From: Anolis carolinensis
Lineage: Eukaryota
Direction of reading: 5' to 3'
Assembly: GCF_035594765.1 (NCBI RefSeq)
Contig: NC_085846.1
Span: forward strand, 43,263,190 to 43,327,189
Length of the DNA: 64,000 nucleotides
The position numbers were made by a program, and so were the translations under genes. Positions 12,047 through 25,484 of this stretch are shown here, one piece after another (within the stretch, counting starts at the first letter, position 1; each line of letters opens with the position of its first letter). Under the pieces are notes generated by a model. The model had not been told where the DNA came from. It saw only the letters and a program-made list of their open reading frames with translations, and made no database searches.

Positions 12047-13791
12047 GTGTATGCCCTGCAGCTTCTCAACCTAGGACTCATTTATATTTGATTTATTTTC
12101 CACCTTTCTCCCAAGGTTGGGATGCAAGGTGGCTTATACCATAATTACAAAGGCTGTCATAAAACACAATGGATTATACCTATTAAAATATTTAATTACA
12201 TTTTATTACAACTCCAAATGAAGCTATTTTATAATTCCTGGCTAATAATAAATAAGCAGAAATACTAGGAAATCCAACACCTTTATTTTTAACATCTCTG
12301 TCAGACAATGAGTAGCTAAGGGCCTGCTCAAGCAGAAGAGCCTTGGTCTGCCAGTGAAAGGAGAACTGAGAGAGAACTAGCCTAACATCTTTTATAAAAC
12401 AATTCTACAATCTAAGGGTGGCCACTAAGAAGCCCCTTTTTCACATCCACACAGATACATCTCTGAAGGTGGCGAGACTATGAGAAAGGCCTCTGTTGCA
12501 GATCTTAAGAGCTGTATAGGAGAATATGGTCATTCAGATAGCTTGGGTCTAAATATAAGGTTTTATACGCCGCAAATAGGAAAAACCCTTTCTATTGCAA
12601 CAGGATTTAAAAACAAAGTTTTTAGCGAATAGGCTGAGAGTATATCTTCTTAAACTGAACTGTTTTTAAATACCTTTTTTCTTTTAAACTGCATCTTATC
12701 TCTTAAGTGTGCATTTGAATTGCATTACGGTATTTTCATGAATGATATAATTGCATTTTAATGTTCACTTTTTGTATGTTTTAAACTCTATTCTTTTTAA
12801 GCAGCCCTGAGTCCCAATTTTGGAAGAAAGGTGGAATATAAATAGGAATAGCAACAACAGAAAAAACAACAACCAGCACTTTTAATTTTGTTAGAAAATG
12901 GGCCAGTAACTAATGCAGCTGTTCTAAGAGATAAATTACATGCTTTCTGTAATCATTTCTGGCTCAAATGTGGTTGCAACATTTTGGACCAGGTGAAGTT
13001 TCCAAAAACTCTTCAAAGGAAGTCACAGTAGAACTCAACAGGATAATCCAAATAGGATAAATCAAGGCAAGTGCTACTGTTAATATTTTGGCTCTTTTCA
13101 CTACAATCATATCATGGGTTAACACATGTCTTATTACAGAGTAATCAGGTATTTACCAACAGGACACCCAGACCAAAGTACATTATATATAGGCCAACAT
13201 GAACTTAATAGGTAAGGCTCATATCCTTTTATATTCTTTACAAGAATGACGACAACCACTTTATATTATATAGACCCCCAGTCAAAGCCAGTTTTATAGA
13301 GGTGTCCCCTTGTTCCACCTTCTTTCCCATCTAAGCACATGCTTACCCACCACAAACTTGAACCAACTTTATTTGAAAATTTAGTCTGCTTTAACACTGC
13401 AATTCTCATAAGGGTGAATGGAACATTCATTTACACACACAGTATACTTTAAAAATTTCAAAAGATTCAAACAAATATTAATAAAATACACTTTCCACTA
13501 GAAATCTTGATTTTATTGGTCTTCCATATTGAAAAAATCAGAATCCATTGATTCAACCATCCGTGTTTTGAGAAGATCCCGCCCCCCAAAGTTCAAAAAG
13601 CAACACTCGATATTGCCTTTTTATATAAGGGCATTATTTTACTACACCACTGTATATAATGGGAATTGAACATCCACAGGTTTTGGCATCGGGGGGGGGG
13701 GGGGGAGTCTGAAACCAAACCATAGAAGATACCAAGGGCTCACTGTACGTAGATATGTAAAATGAAAATGCACATAAATCAGCTGATAATA

Positions 13792-14114
13792 CAGTAGAGT
13801 CTCACTTATCCAAGCCTTGCTTATCCAAGCTTCTGGATTATCCAAGCAATTTTTGTAGTCAATGTTTTCAATATATCATGATATTTTGGTGCTAAATTCG
13901 TAAATACATTAATTACAACATAACATTACTGCGTATTGAACTACTTTTTCTGTCAATTTTTTTGTATAACATGATGTTTTGGTGCTTAATTTGTAAAATC
14001 ATAACCTAATTTGATGTTTAATAGGCTTTTCCTTAATCCCTCATTATTATCCAAGATATTCGCTTATCCAAGCTTCTGCTGGCCCATTTAGCTTGGATAA
14101 GTGAGACTCTACTG
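13792..14114. mobile_element. Mariner/Tigger-type MITE (about 323 bp), copy 1 of 7
   Basis: TA|CAGTAGAGTCTCACTTATCCAA...TTGGATAAGTGAGACTCTACTG|TA. Confidence 0.9.
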
Positions 14115-14797
14115 TAATAAAGAATCTAATAAGAATTCATACTCTTCATAAAAATAGTAGGGAGTGAAATCCAGACAATTCAGAGGGTGCTGTGGTTTTT
14201 AACTGTGAACTTTTTAATACTGTTCATATTTAATTATGTTTCAATGTTTGCATATTTGTATATTTTAAATGGTATGCTAATGCTTTTATGTTAAGCTGCT
14301 TTGAGTCTATTCGGAAGAGATAAATATAATAATACCAATAATTCTGTACAAGCACAATTTCAAGTCTCCAGAATGTGAATCATTTGCAAATATGAGAATG
14401 TGGTAGATGGTTGCCAATCTTTGTATGTTACTACTCATATATTAAACCTGCGATGGATGTTCTCTAGTACATGCCCACCTTTGAAGTGAGTGTTGTGGCT
14501 ACCAAACAATAGGGCATCTTGGTGAGAGGCGATTCACTTGTGAACCTCCCAGATACCTTATTACTCTTTCAGCAGGAGGCAAAAACTTTTTTTCATTGCC
14601 CTAAGCCTTTCAGACGAAATTTTAATTATTTTTAGATGAAAAAATATTTTTTAAAATGAAATTTGAATCCTGTTAATGGTTTTATGATGCTTTTATAATT
14701 TTGTGGCTTTCATTTATTATTATTTCATTTTTAATTATTTTATTTTCTGTAAACTATACAGGAAATATGCCAAAGGGCAGTATTAGAGTAATACATA

Positions 14798-15140
14798 CAG
14801 TAGAGTCTCGCTTATCTAACCTTCACTTACCCAACATTCTGTATTATCCAATGCAGTCTACCTTTTAGTAGTCAGTGTTTTTGTAGACAATGTTTTCAAT
14901 ACATTGTGATGTTTTGGTGCTAAATTCGTAAATACAGTAATTACTACATAACGTTCCCGTGTATTGAACTGCTTTTTCTGTTGATTTGTTATAAAACATT
15001 ATGTTTTAGTGCTTAATTTGCAAAATTATAACATAATTTGACATTTAATAAGCTTTCCTTAATCCCTCCTTATTATTCAACGTTTTCGCTTATCCAACGT
15101 TCTGCCAGCCCGTTTATGTTGGATAAGTGAGACTCTACTG
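14798..15140. mobile_element. Same MITE family, copy 2
   Basis: Same TIRs and internal sequence. Confidence 0.9.
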
Positions 15141-15783
15141 ACCACTAAATTATTGTAAAATATGAATTATGAATTATAAATAAAGAAAAATACGAATAGC
15201 AGAGACAGCACCTATACTTTCTTCCTTCCCTAAAACCCCTACTTCCTTTTGTTTGGTTACAATTTCACATTTTTGCCTAGCACACATACATTACGCTGGA
15301 ACCCAGTCTTTTAAACTTGAACACGCCTATCTGTATTTTATAATGCGCTTTATGAATGTCTTATGTAAGTTAATTTTTAACTGATTCATAGTGTATTGTA
15401 TGTGTGTTTTATTGTAAGCCGCCCTGAGTACCCTGTTGGGTGAGAAGGACGAGATATAAATATTGTAATAAATAAAATAAATAAATTATCATTATTTCTT
15501 TCTTTATTTAATTTATATGCTGCTCTTCTCCCCCAGGGTGAATCATCATCTCTATAGCCCACCCCACCACAAAAGAGGGACTCTATATTGTATTATTGAA
15601 AAAAACAGCCGTTTATGTATTTTGTTCAACATACTGGTACTCTCAAGGCATCATAAAGAAAATTAGTAGAGTCCTGGTGATATTAATCGGTACAGATGAC
15701 TGCTCATAACAATGTATATAGGTTAATTAATCCACCTCTACTTTGGCCAAAACCGTACAAATTATGGATATCTTTAAAAGTTA

Positions 15784-15972
<189 letters not shown>

Positions 15973-17095
15973 TTATAACAATGAAGTGGGGGGGGAGTAG
16001 GATAAGTTTTTAAAAATGGGGAAAGAGTTGTTTTTTTAAATTTTATTTTTAGGTTGCTGATAATTTCTTACTGGTAGATAAGCAGGCAAGTGAGCATAAT
16101 GTTTAAAGACAAATTCAATTCATATCTATTCAAAAGTAAGTTTCATAAAGTTCAATGGGGGTAATTCACTGGTAAACAAACTTTAGACTACACTTAATTT
16201 GGAATAAACTCACACAGGAGTGGATTGTCAACCAAAGCAACACATTCCTGAAATTGAATATCCAAAAAAAGGAAAGAAAATCTGATAAAATTGCTAAGAA
16301 ATTATGTACACCTTGATCTCACATTTTGTGCATGTTAACTGGTTTCAAATATTTTAATTTGATTGTCCATTAAATGGAAATTAAAATTTTGTAAAACGTA
16401 TTATTGTACTTGCATTTTCTGTTAATCTTATACTGTAAACTACCTTTGGTCCTATATATTAGGAAAAAGGCAGACAATACATTAAATAAATAAATGCTAT
16501 TGCCAACTTCTATGTTGTAAACCGCTTTGAGTCCTCCCAGGGGTGAGAAAAGCGGTATAGAAGGGTAACAAATAAATAAATAATATTTAATCAAACATTT
16601 TAGACCCCACAAGTTCCTTTGACACTGACAGAACTTCAGTTGTTAAAAGACTCCTTCCACACAGCTGAATAAAATCCCACATTATATGCTTTGAACTGGA
16701 ATATATGGCAGTGGGGACTCAGATAACCCAACTCTAAGCAGATTTTGTGGGATTTTCTGCCTAAATATTTTGGGTTTTATGGCTGTGTGAAAGGGCCCTC
16801 ATTCTTTATTGAAAATTGTAGTAATTTCCCCAGTCTCTACAAAAAAAATGGTTCAGGAGATCTCTCATTCTACACTTGAAAGAATAGACATAACTTAACA
16901 ATACTTCTAGAAAAAACTTGTTGGAGACTGGATACAAAACTATGACTGTGATTAATCCTTTATACAAACATATAGTGCTGAAATACTTGGAATCACATGT
17001 GCATTTCCTTCTGGCTCATCTCGAAAAAGGTAGCACTGGACTTGAAGAGGAACTTTAAAAATTGGAATGATTATAGGATTAAAGCACTACTAATT

Positions 17096-17847
17096 TAGAT
17101 GTGCGCGAAAATTTTTCCTTCGTTTTCTTCATGCTATCGTTTCGACGGTTCGTTTACACAAAATGAATGATGACATTTTTGTAGGAAATGAAAGGTGACA
17201 TGAAAATGAAAGCCGCACAGTCATCGTACTTGCTTTCATCTTCCTTTCGGTTTGGCCCCTTAACAATAAGCAGGTACTGACAGAGGGCTGCAGTGCTTTC
17301 CCATTACAGTAGGTGTGTACCAATGGGTGTTAATAATAATATTAATATAAATAACAATTGTTACTCTGGTATCCTAAGCTGAGCCTGAGAGAGGTCTGCT
17401 TCCCCATGACATCTGATGTGTACCAATGGGTGTTAATAATATTAATAACAATAGCTATCCTGGTATCCTAAGCCGAGACTGAGAGAGGAGTGCTTCCCCA
17501 TTACATCTGATGTGTGCCAATGGGTGGTGTTGTTGTTGTTATTATTAACAATAGTACTCTGCGGAAGACCAAAACTTTAAAAAGTTGGTGGGCTAAAGGG
17601 GGTTAAAATGCCCTCTGTGTGTGGCGATTTTCACCTCTCTAGCCCAAAAACTGTGGTGGGGGGAGCCTCAGAAGTCCTCCCATTGCAGCCAATGGTCTGA
17701 AAATTTTTGGGTTTTTTTCGTAAGCCAGATGAAAATTCTGTTCATATAGGCTCCCCATTTTCGTTAGCAGGAACAAATACAAAAATGAGACCAAACGAAT
17801 GAAACTACACAAAACAAACAGCAATTCCATACAAAAGCACAACACTA
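17096..17847. mobile_element. Probable non-autonomous hAT element with internal ~95-bp tandem repeats (17313-17560)
   Basis: TAGATGTGC...GCACAACACTA ends; near-identical flanks CTACTAAT/TTACTAAT. Confidence 0.45.
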
Positions 17848-20180
17848 TTACTAATGCCATTTTTTCCAATTTAATTTTGAAAAATAGTCTGTGCTCTCTT
17901 TCACACTCCTCAGAGAAACTTAAGATTTGGAGTACGGTACATCTCCAAAATATTGTAGTGCATTTTAGCCAGTATGGAGGTCCCAAAAAAGCAATGGCAA
18001 ATATTAGCAGAACATAGTGAAACCTTTTTCACAGGATCAATGCCAACAACAGTTTAACACCTATGGGAAAGGACATGTGAATCAAACTTGCTTTTCCACT
18101 GAACAGATAGCAAAACCACACTGCCCTTCCACCCTGTACCATATTGCTTCATTCATCATCACCATGATGTTTTCAATTTGTTATTCTGTCAGCAGGTTAA
18201 GGGGCAGGACCCACCCTAATACTGGAAAACCACAAATAAAAACAGCTAATTTTTTACCTTGAGAGAACACCTCTCTATGAATTGATAGGTCCTCCAAGGC
18301 AACTTAATGTTCAACTTCTAGCATAGGCTGACCATATAGTGACCCTGGAGGACTTTAATATTCTTAGGAAGTACATATGAAGCCCACAAATAATCAAATC
18401 CACAAAAGTCTATTTATTTGGCTTTTATCAACAACACGAAGTGAAAAATTTCGTGCTGCCATATGTTTCTTATGAAAAGCTTTCTATTTTAAAAAATGAA
18501 TTCTTTAATAAAACAAGTTAGATAAACATAATGAACACAAGATAAGACAAAATTAGCCAAAGGAATAAATGCAATATGTAGAAGTCAGCTTTAAAAGAAA
18601 AGATCTAACCAGAAATGCTTAACCACAGCAATAAAAAATCCTTGACTTACTAAATTCTCTGTGATTGAACTGATCTATGCTAGTCGGAACTAACAATATG
18701 ATTTAGGCCAAAGTTATAATTAATGTTTCCCAGGTCACTCTTCCTAGGAATTCTGTATGTACATAATTCTTCAGCCTGGGTCAAGTGAATTTAACATTTT
18801 CCAACGTTTTCATTTCTCCCATTAAAAATCTAAATAATATAAAGGAAATGTATACTGTATTATTTAGCCAGTTTTGATATATATAAAAGTACTCCAATCT
18901 AAGTTTTGTAAAAATGAAATTCAGTCAGTGCAATCCTATATATGTCTTCTTGGAAATCTAGGATTTGAAAGGAACTTACTCTCAAGTAGATGAATAAATG
19001 TAGCTTCAGTGCTGTTTGAAAGAATCAATCAAGTATTTCACATTTTTGGAAATATTTATATATTGTGTAAAATTACTATGACATTTACAGAGTTTAGTAA
19101 ATTTCAATAATTAGGGAGGAAACAGATCTCGGTTGATACTAAGCAGAAGAAATGGAACACGTTCTTGACAATCCTTAAATCATGCACAAATTTTGGTAGG
19201 TGGGCCTTCATAGCACTTGCAAACTCTGAGCCATTCTAGGTATCCCCCAAAAAATATCCAAATGCACCTCTTAACAATTAAGAGACTTTACCCCAGCTGG
19301 AGGCTGAAAACAATATAGGTTGGGGACACAACGCTCACATGCAGGCAAGCCCTATGCTGGGAAATATCAGACCTGTTGCACAGATCAAAAACTATCTCGT
19401 TGCCTTGAAAGAAAGTTGATGCAAGTTCCACTGCAACTCTATGATGGAAAGGATGTGTTCTATGATTACCCCTACAAACAGGAGAGGACTAGCCAAAGGC
19501 ACTAGAAGACAGTAAGATTAAGAAAAGGCTAGGCTTCTGGTTGCTGATGTGATAAATCATGAAGTAGGCTTGTGAATGAAAGGATAACAAGGTATGCTGT
19601 AAGGGCAGAAGACATGGTTGGTTGGAGCAATAATTAGTCAAAGTAGGGAGCTTTAAGGTTGAAGAATTCTCTGCCAAGGGAGGGTGGGTAGGCTGGTATC
19701 ATCTTTGCTGTCCCTTGACTGGAAGCCCAAGACTTATTTATTCAGGAAGGGTTTCAGTAACTGGCTGCCTAAGAAAGAGGTTTTTTTTAACATATCAATG
19801 CTATATTTTGTATTTATTTTATTTATCCAAAGATCTCAGAAACAATAAATAAAGAACAATAGTTTTAAAAAATTAAGAATATATCAAATTTTGCTCTTGT
19901 TGTGTGGCTTCAAGTGGTTTCTGATTAAAATCAATTAAAACCAAATGATTTAAAACTGAATAAAACAATTTAAAATACTATAACCATAAGCTATATCCAT
20001 CCTGGATAAAATTATTTAGGCCTATAACTTTTAATAAAAAGCCAGATTTTCATACAATGACAAAAGATCTCAATGCTGGTGCCAGCTGGGGCCTCCAGAG
20101 AGAGCGAATTCTACAACTGAGTTGCCATCGCAGAAATTTGATAAGATTACTCACTAGTGTTCCACCTCTTCTGGTCACTT

Positions 20181-20327
20181 AGGCTGGATCTACACTGCTC
20201 TATATTCCAGGATCTGATCCCATATTATCTTATTCCAGATTCTCCAGTAAAACAGACTCATATAATCCAGGTCAAAGCAGATAATCTGGGAACAGATTCT
20301 GGGATATAAGGCAGTGTAGATCCAGCC
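20181..20327. mobile_element. PIF/Harbinger-type MITE
   Basis: AGGCTGGATCTACACTGC...GCAGTGTAGATCCAGCCT palindromic ends. Confidence 0.65.
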
Positions 20328-20334
20328 TCCGATA

Positions 20335-20515
20335 CATAACAGGTTTTTCTTAGCAAGATTTGTTCAAGAGCGACTTATCATAGTTTTCCTTTTTGGCTGA
20401 GAGAGTGTGACTTGCCCAAGGTCACCCAATGGGTTTCCAAGGCCGAGCAGAGAATCATGCCTTGGTCTACAGAGTTACAGTCTAAAACTCCAATTAATAT
20501 ACTGCAATGGCTCTT
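20335..20515 (-). mobile_element. MIR/CORE-type SINE remnant (similar at about 43445-43570, 51390-51550, 61385-61600)
   Basis: CORE-like GAGAGTGTGACTTGCCCAAGGTCACCCA motif. Confidence 0.55.
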
Positions 20516-22275
20516 GGACATAGGTAACAGAAGGCAAGGATAACTTTCCAATCTCAAGGTTGGATTATTATACTGCCTTCTAGGTTTTGTAGTCTCTGCT
20601 AAATGTTGTGAACAGTATATTAATTGTAGGGCTAAAACGTGTGCTCCTCCAGTGTGGACCAAGTGCCAAAGGATGAGTTTGACTTTTAATAACTTTTAGA
20701 TTCTGTCCCATCCTAAAACTCAAATGAATGCACCCTTTTAATTTCTCCATTTAAGTGACATTTTAAAATGGCAGGATCAAATAATGTATATTCTTCACTG
20801 CTTCAATACCACAGTGGAATCCCCCCTTATGTTTCATAGATCCATTTTGCAGGAGACTTGACTGGGATCATCATTATTAGCTAACATTAGTTGGGGGTAA
20901 ATACAATGGGGCTAGTTCCAAAATGAGCAGGAAGTATTTAAATTTTCTTGAAATTATATACCACCCTTGTTTATTTAATCTATATTTGTTCTTCCTGCTC
21001 AAAGCAACCTGAAAAACTCAAAAAATACAGTCATTCCTCTCATTTACGGGTTTGATTCATGAATTGCTGAATTTTCCTTTGCCATTGCTGCTGAGCTGTA
21101 TGAAAATGAAAAATATGTTCTCTCTAGGCATTTGTTGAAGATAGAACTGGAAGTTGAAGATAGAGTTGTTGAAGGACCAACAAATAACTAGAGATGTATT
21201 TCCTCAGTTAAAAATAATGGCAAGTATTTGTTTCCAGTTTTATTTGCTATGTCCCTAATTCTCACAAATGTGAAAGGCTGACTGTGCATCTTCCTTGGTT
21301 TTTAGATCCAATGTAGAACCAATTCCATTGTTCAACTTAGCTCTGGGAAGGTGACAATTTTTAAGCAATAAATATCAGTGAGAGGGCTTTCTACGGACAG
21401 CAATCTTTGGTATGGCATTTGGGGCAAAAGCATGTACAGGTAAAGCACCCCTTAACTGGGATCAGAAATGCCTCAAAATCTAAAATTGTCCACACAGGTG
21501 GCTGAGACAGTGACACCTTTATTTCCTGATGATTTAATGTAAACAAATTTTAGTCCATGCTCAAAATATTAATTAAATAGTATTATATAAAGTTACATTC
21601 AAGTTATGTGTATTTCATATCAGAACAACATATTTTATGTGCAGCCAAGACCCAAAAATAACATATAAAACAGATTTAAGCAAAGCAGTATGTCTCAGAT
21701 CCACATATGTGGGGCTGATCAGTATAAATTGTAGGGGGATAGGGAAATATGATGTACATATAGTCAGTTTTATCATATTTACTGTATTATTACAAGTATC
21801 TGATTTAACTTACTAATAAAAGTTTTATTACATTGTATCAAGCTTTGTTGTTTGGCTCGATATGGTGATATGGCCTAAGGGCTAATCGATACATTTATTT
21901 ATGTGTGATTTTTCTAGTTCAGATCTCTTTTTTCTGCAAAACTCCCTGGCCTTCATCACTGGAGCTCCTTATACACAGCTGAATAAGATCTCACATTTTT
22001 GACTTTGAACTGGAATATATGGCAGTGTGGACTCAGATAACCCAGTTCAAAGCAGATATTGTGGGATTTTCTGTATTGATATTCTGGGCTATATGGCTGT
22101 GTGGAAGGGCCCTGAGTTGAGTATATTCTCTCTCTCTCTAAAGTGTAAACATATATCTCAATATAGTTGATCCAAATCCTCCTCCAGGTCCATCTCCCCT
22201 CCTCCTATGAAACTTGCCAAAGTGATAAGCATCCATTTATGTATTTTTTCATCTGTTCCTTCCCAGACAGTTTTA

Positions 22276-22443
22276 GGGCCCTTCCACACAGCCCTATATC
22301 CCAGAATACTAAGGCAGAAAATCCCACAATATCTGTCGTGAACTGGATTATCTGAGTCCACACTGCCATATATTCCAGTTCAAAGCAGATATTGTGGGAT
22401 TTCCTGCCTTGATATTCTGGGATATAGGGCTGTGTGGAAGGGC
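22276..22443. mobile_element. Harbinger-type MITE family (also about 8803-8945, 16652-16798, 21969-22113, 35378-35515, 35566-35716, 37053-37197, 40611-40761)
   Basis: GGGCCCTTCCACACAGC...GCTGTGTGGAAGGGC TIRs; 3-bp TAG duplication visible at the 37053-37197 copy. Confidence 0.75.
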
Positions 22444-22523
22444 ACTTAATGGTGAATTTCAATCACCACTGTATGCCTGGTTTTGCGTATTTAATACGTA
22501 TGTTATGGAGGTATATTTTAATA

Positions 22524-22846
22524 CAGTAGAGTCTCACTTATCCAACACTCGCTTATCCAACATTCTGGATTATCCAACGCATTTTTGGAGTCAATGTTTT
22601 CAATACATCATGATATTTTGGTGCTAAATTCATAAATACAGTAATTACTACATAGCATTACTGCGTATAGAACTAATTTTTCTGCCAAATTGGTTGTCTA
22701 ACATGATGTTTTGGTGCTTAATTTGTAAAATCATAACCTAATTTGATGTTTAATAGGCTTTTCCTTAATGCCTCCTTATTATCCAACATATTCGCTTATC
22801 CAACATTCTGCCGGCCCATTTATGTTGGATAAGTGAGACTCTACTG
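22524..22846. mobile_element. Mariner/Tigger MITE copy 3
   Basis: Full TIRs, TA duplication. Confidence 0.9.
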
Positions 22847-23149
22847 TATGTGTATTTTACAGGGTGTTTTAAAATAATTGTGTGTTTGTTTATGTTTTAG
22901 TAATGTGGTGACCCGCCTCGAACCGTGAGGAGAGACGGGCAAGAAATAAAACTTATTATTACTGTAGAATGGTGAAAGGAAAAGGCTCTGCTTTATTTTT
23001 GCTAACTCCTCAGTGTTGACCTGCCTTACATGGTAGGTGTAAGGCGAATGAACTGATTCGAGGGCAACGTTTAATGCGTATTAGGAGGCGGGGTTGCATC
23101 TACACTGCAATACAATGCAGTTTGGAACTGCATGCTATAGTGAGCGTAG

Positions 23150-23900
23150 AACCACATAATGCAGCTCAGTGCAATTAACTGCTGTTGACAGCAGCAGCAG
23201 CACACCCCCCCCCCCCCCGCTCCTCCTTCTCCGCCACGTCCTTTCTCTGAGGAGCGAGAGAAAAAAAGCCCGACCAGGAAGCTTGGCCCCCAGGAAGCCA
23301 AGCACGGGCCAAGGAGGCTCCCCGGCCGGCCGGCCGTGCCCCGTTACTCACCTAGGCGCTCTCCGCGTTCTCGGGATCCGGTTCGCTCCCGGCCGAAGGC
23401 ACGGGGAGGAGCGACTGGGGCTGCGCGTCCCTCCCTCCTTCCTTCCCTCAGATGGAGTCCGGGCGGAACCGGAAGTCGTTCTCTCGCTCCCCGCCGAGAG
23501 CGACGCCAGGGAAAGCGCGAGGGGCCGAAAACGCGCGCGAGCAAAGGGCCTCCAATAGCCGCCAGGAATGGGCGGAGCTTAAAGCCGCCGCCTCTGCTGC
23601 CGCGGGGCGCGCTCTCTTAAAGTTATCGGCCAAGCGGAAGCCCGGCTCCCGCGTCCTTCTCTTCTTTATCCTCTCTACGCTAACGCTTCCGGGACAGGAC
23701 AGGCCATTCAGAGGGGCGAGTTGTGACGTCCTTGGTTCGGGCCGCCAGGCTTTTCGGACTTCAACCCCCACAATTCCTGCCGCCTAGACAAGCTTCTGAG
23801 GCATCTGGGAGTTGAAGTCAGCCCAAAAAACTCGGGGCCGGCCATTCTCTTCCCTCAGAGTTTCGTTCACACTCCACTTCCGGTTCCCCTTTAGGCTTTT
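23150..23900. promoter_or_regulatory. CpG island / G3BP2 promoter
   Basis: High GC and CpG; ETS CCGGAAGT 23469-23476 and ACTTCCGG near 23876; GC box GGGCGG near 23570; CCAAT near 23552; TGACGTC 23724-23730. Confidence 0.8.
23352..23530 (-). other. G3BP2: Probable non-coding exon 1 of G3BP2 (5' boundary approximate)
   Basis: Consensus donor CCTAG|GTGAGT on the minus strand at 23352, inside a CpG island upstream of the ATG exon. Confidence 0.7.
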
Positions 23901-23956
23901 TCGCAAGCAGTTAGCTAGCAAGTCTTGCCAATATTGTACATGGAATAATCATAATA

Positions 23957-24546
23957 CAGTAGAGTCTCACTTATCCAAGACTCACTTATCCAACGTTCTG
24001 GATTATCCAATGCATTTTTATAATAATAATAATAATTTTATTCTTATACCCCGCCCCATCTCCCCGGAGGGACTCGGGGCGGCTTACATGGGGCCAAGCC
24101 CGGGCATGACAATATAAAAACAAACAGTAAAACAAATCAAACAACAATAAAACAAGTTATAAAAACACATACATTATGATAAAATCATGGATAAAATCTG
24201 TAGGAACCTGGGCTAAAGTGCTAGTTAAGTCGATATCATCAGCGGGGAGTGGTTATCCAAAGTGTCATAGCCATCAAAAGTGCTATTTGAGTCAATGTTT
24301 TCAATATATCGTGATATTTTGGTGGTAAATTCGTAAATACAGTAATTACAACGTAACATTGCTGCATATTGAACTACTTTTTCTGTCAAATTTGTTGTAT
24401 AACATGATGTTTTGGTGCTTAATTTGTAAAATCATAACCTAATTTGATGTTTAATAGGCTTTTCCTTAATCCCTCTTTATTATCCAAGATATTCGCTTAT
24501 CCAAGGCTCTGCCAGCCCTTTCACTTGGATAAGTGAGACTCTACTG
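23957..24546. mobile_element. Mariner/Tigger MITE copy 4, interrupted by an L2-type 3' end insertion (about 24018-24288, minus strand)
   Basis: TIRs and TA intact; insert begins (TAA)n-TTTTATTCTTATACCCCGCCCCATCTCCCCGGAGGGACTCGGGGCGGCTTACA. Confidence 0.85.
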
Positions 24547-24612
24547 TAATTTAAAGAAATCAGAGCAATAATAAAAATAGGGATAGACGATACACCAAAA
24601 TCAACATTGCTA

Positions 24613-24917
24613 CAGTAGAGTTTCACTTATCCAACATAAACGGGCCGGCAGAATGTTGGATAAGCGAATATGTTGGATAATAAGGAGGCATTAAGGAAAA
24701 GCCTATTAAACATCAAATTAGGTTATGATTTTACAAATTAAGCACCAAAACATGTTATACAACACATGTGACAGAAAAAGTAGTTCAATACGCAGTAATG
24801 CTATGTAGTAATTACTGTATTTACGAATTTAGCACCAAAATATCATGATGTATTGAAAACATTGACTACAAAAATTGCTTGGATAATCCAGAACGTTGGA
24901 TAAGTGAGAGACTACTG
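24613..24917. mobile_element. Mariner/Tigger MITE copy 5 (opposite orientation to copy 4)
   Basis: TIRs, TA duplication, internal sequence reversed. Confidence 0.9.
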
Positions 24918-25484
24918 TACTTATTTATTGTGTCAGAAGCGAACCGAGGATACTAGTTGCAATGTACAGTATATGAAAAGCCAAAGTTTTTTTAAAAAAG
25001 CATACTAAATGTCCTTTGACTAGTAGCTGCCCAACTTGGAGTGCCGCTAGTGTTGCTATTAGAAGGTTCTCCATTGTGCATGTGGCAGGGCTCAGATTGC
25101 ATTGTAATAAGTGGTCTGTGGTTTGCTTTTCTCCACATTCGCATGTCGTGGACTCCACTTTGTGGCCCTATTTCTTTTTTTTTTTTTTAATTTTTATTTA
25201 TGATTTTCAAATACAGTGCACTATTAAAAACGGGGATAGGTGCAAAAACAAAAAAACAAACAAAAAAAAAACAAAGGCAAAAATATATATACAACCAAGC
25301 AAACAGGACGTAAGGGGTGAGGGTTAACAATCTATCATAAAGAAAGGAAAAAAAAAAAAGGGGGGGGGTCAGGAATAGGGAGAGGGATTAACAATCATAG
25401 AACCATAAGAGAAAATTAATATTTAACACTGTATATAAAACTATCAATTTCCAATTTAGACATAGTCATCAAACATAGAATTAA

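Noticed and set aside
23071-24117. Cluster of Arg/Pro/Gly-rich ORFs
   Set aside because: Expected by-product of a CpG island.
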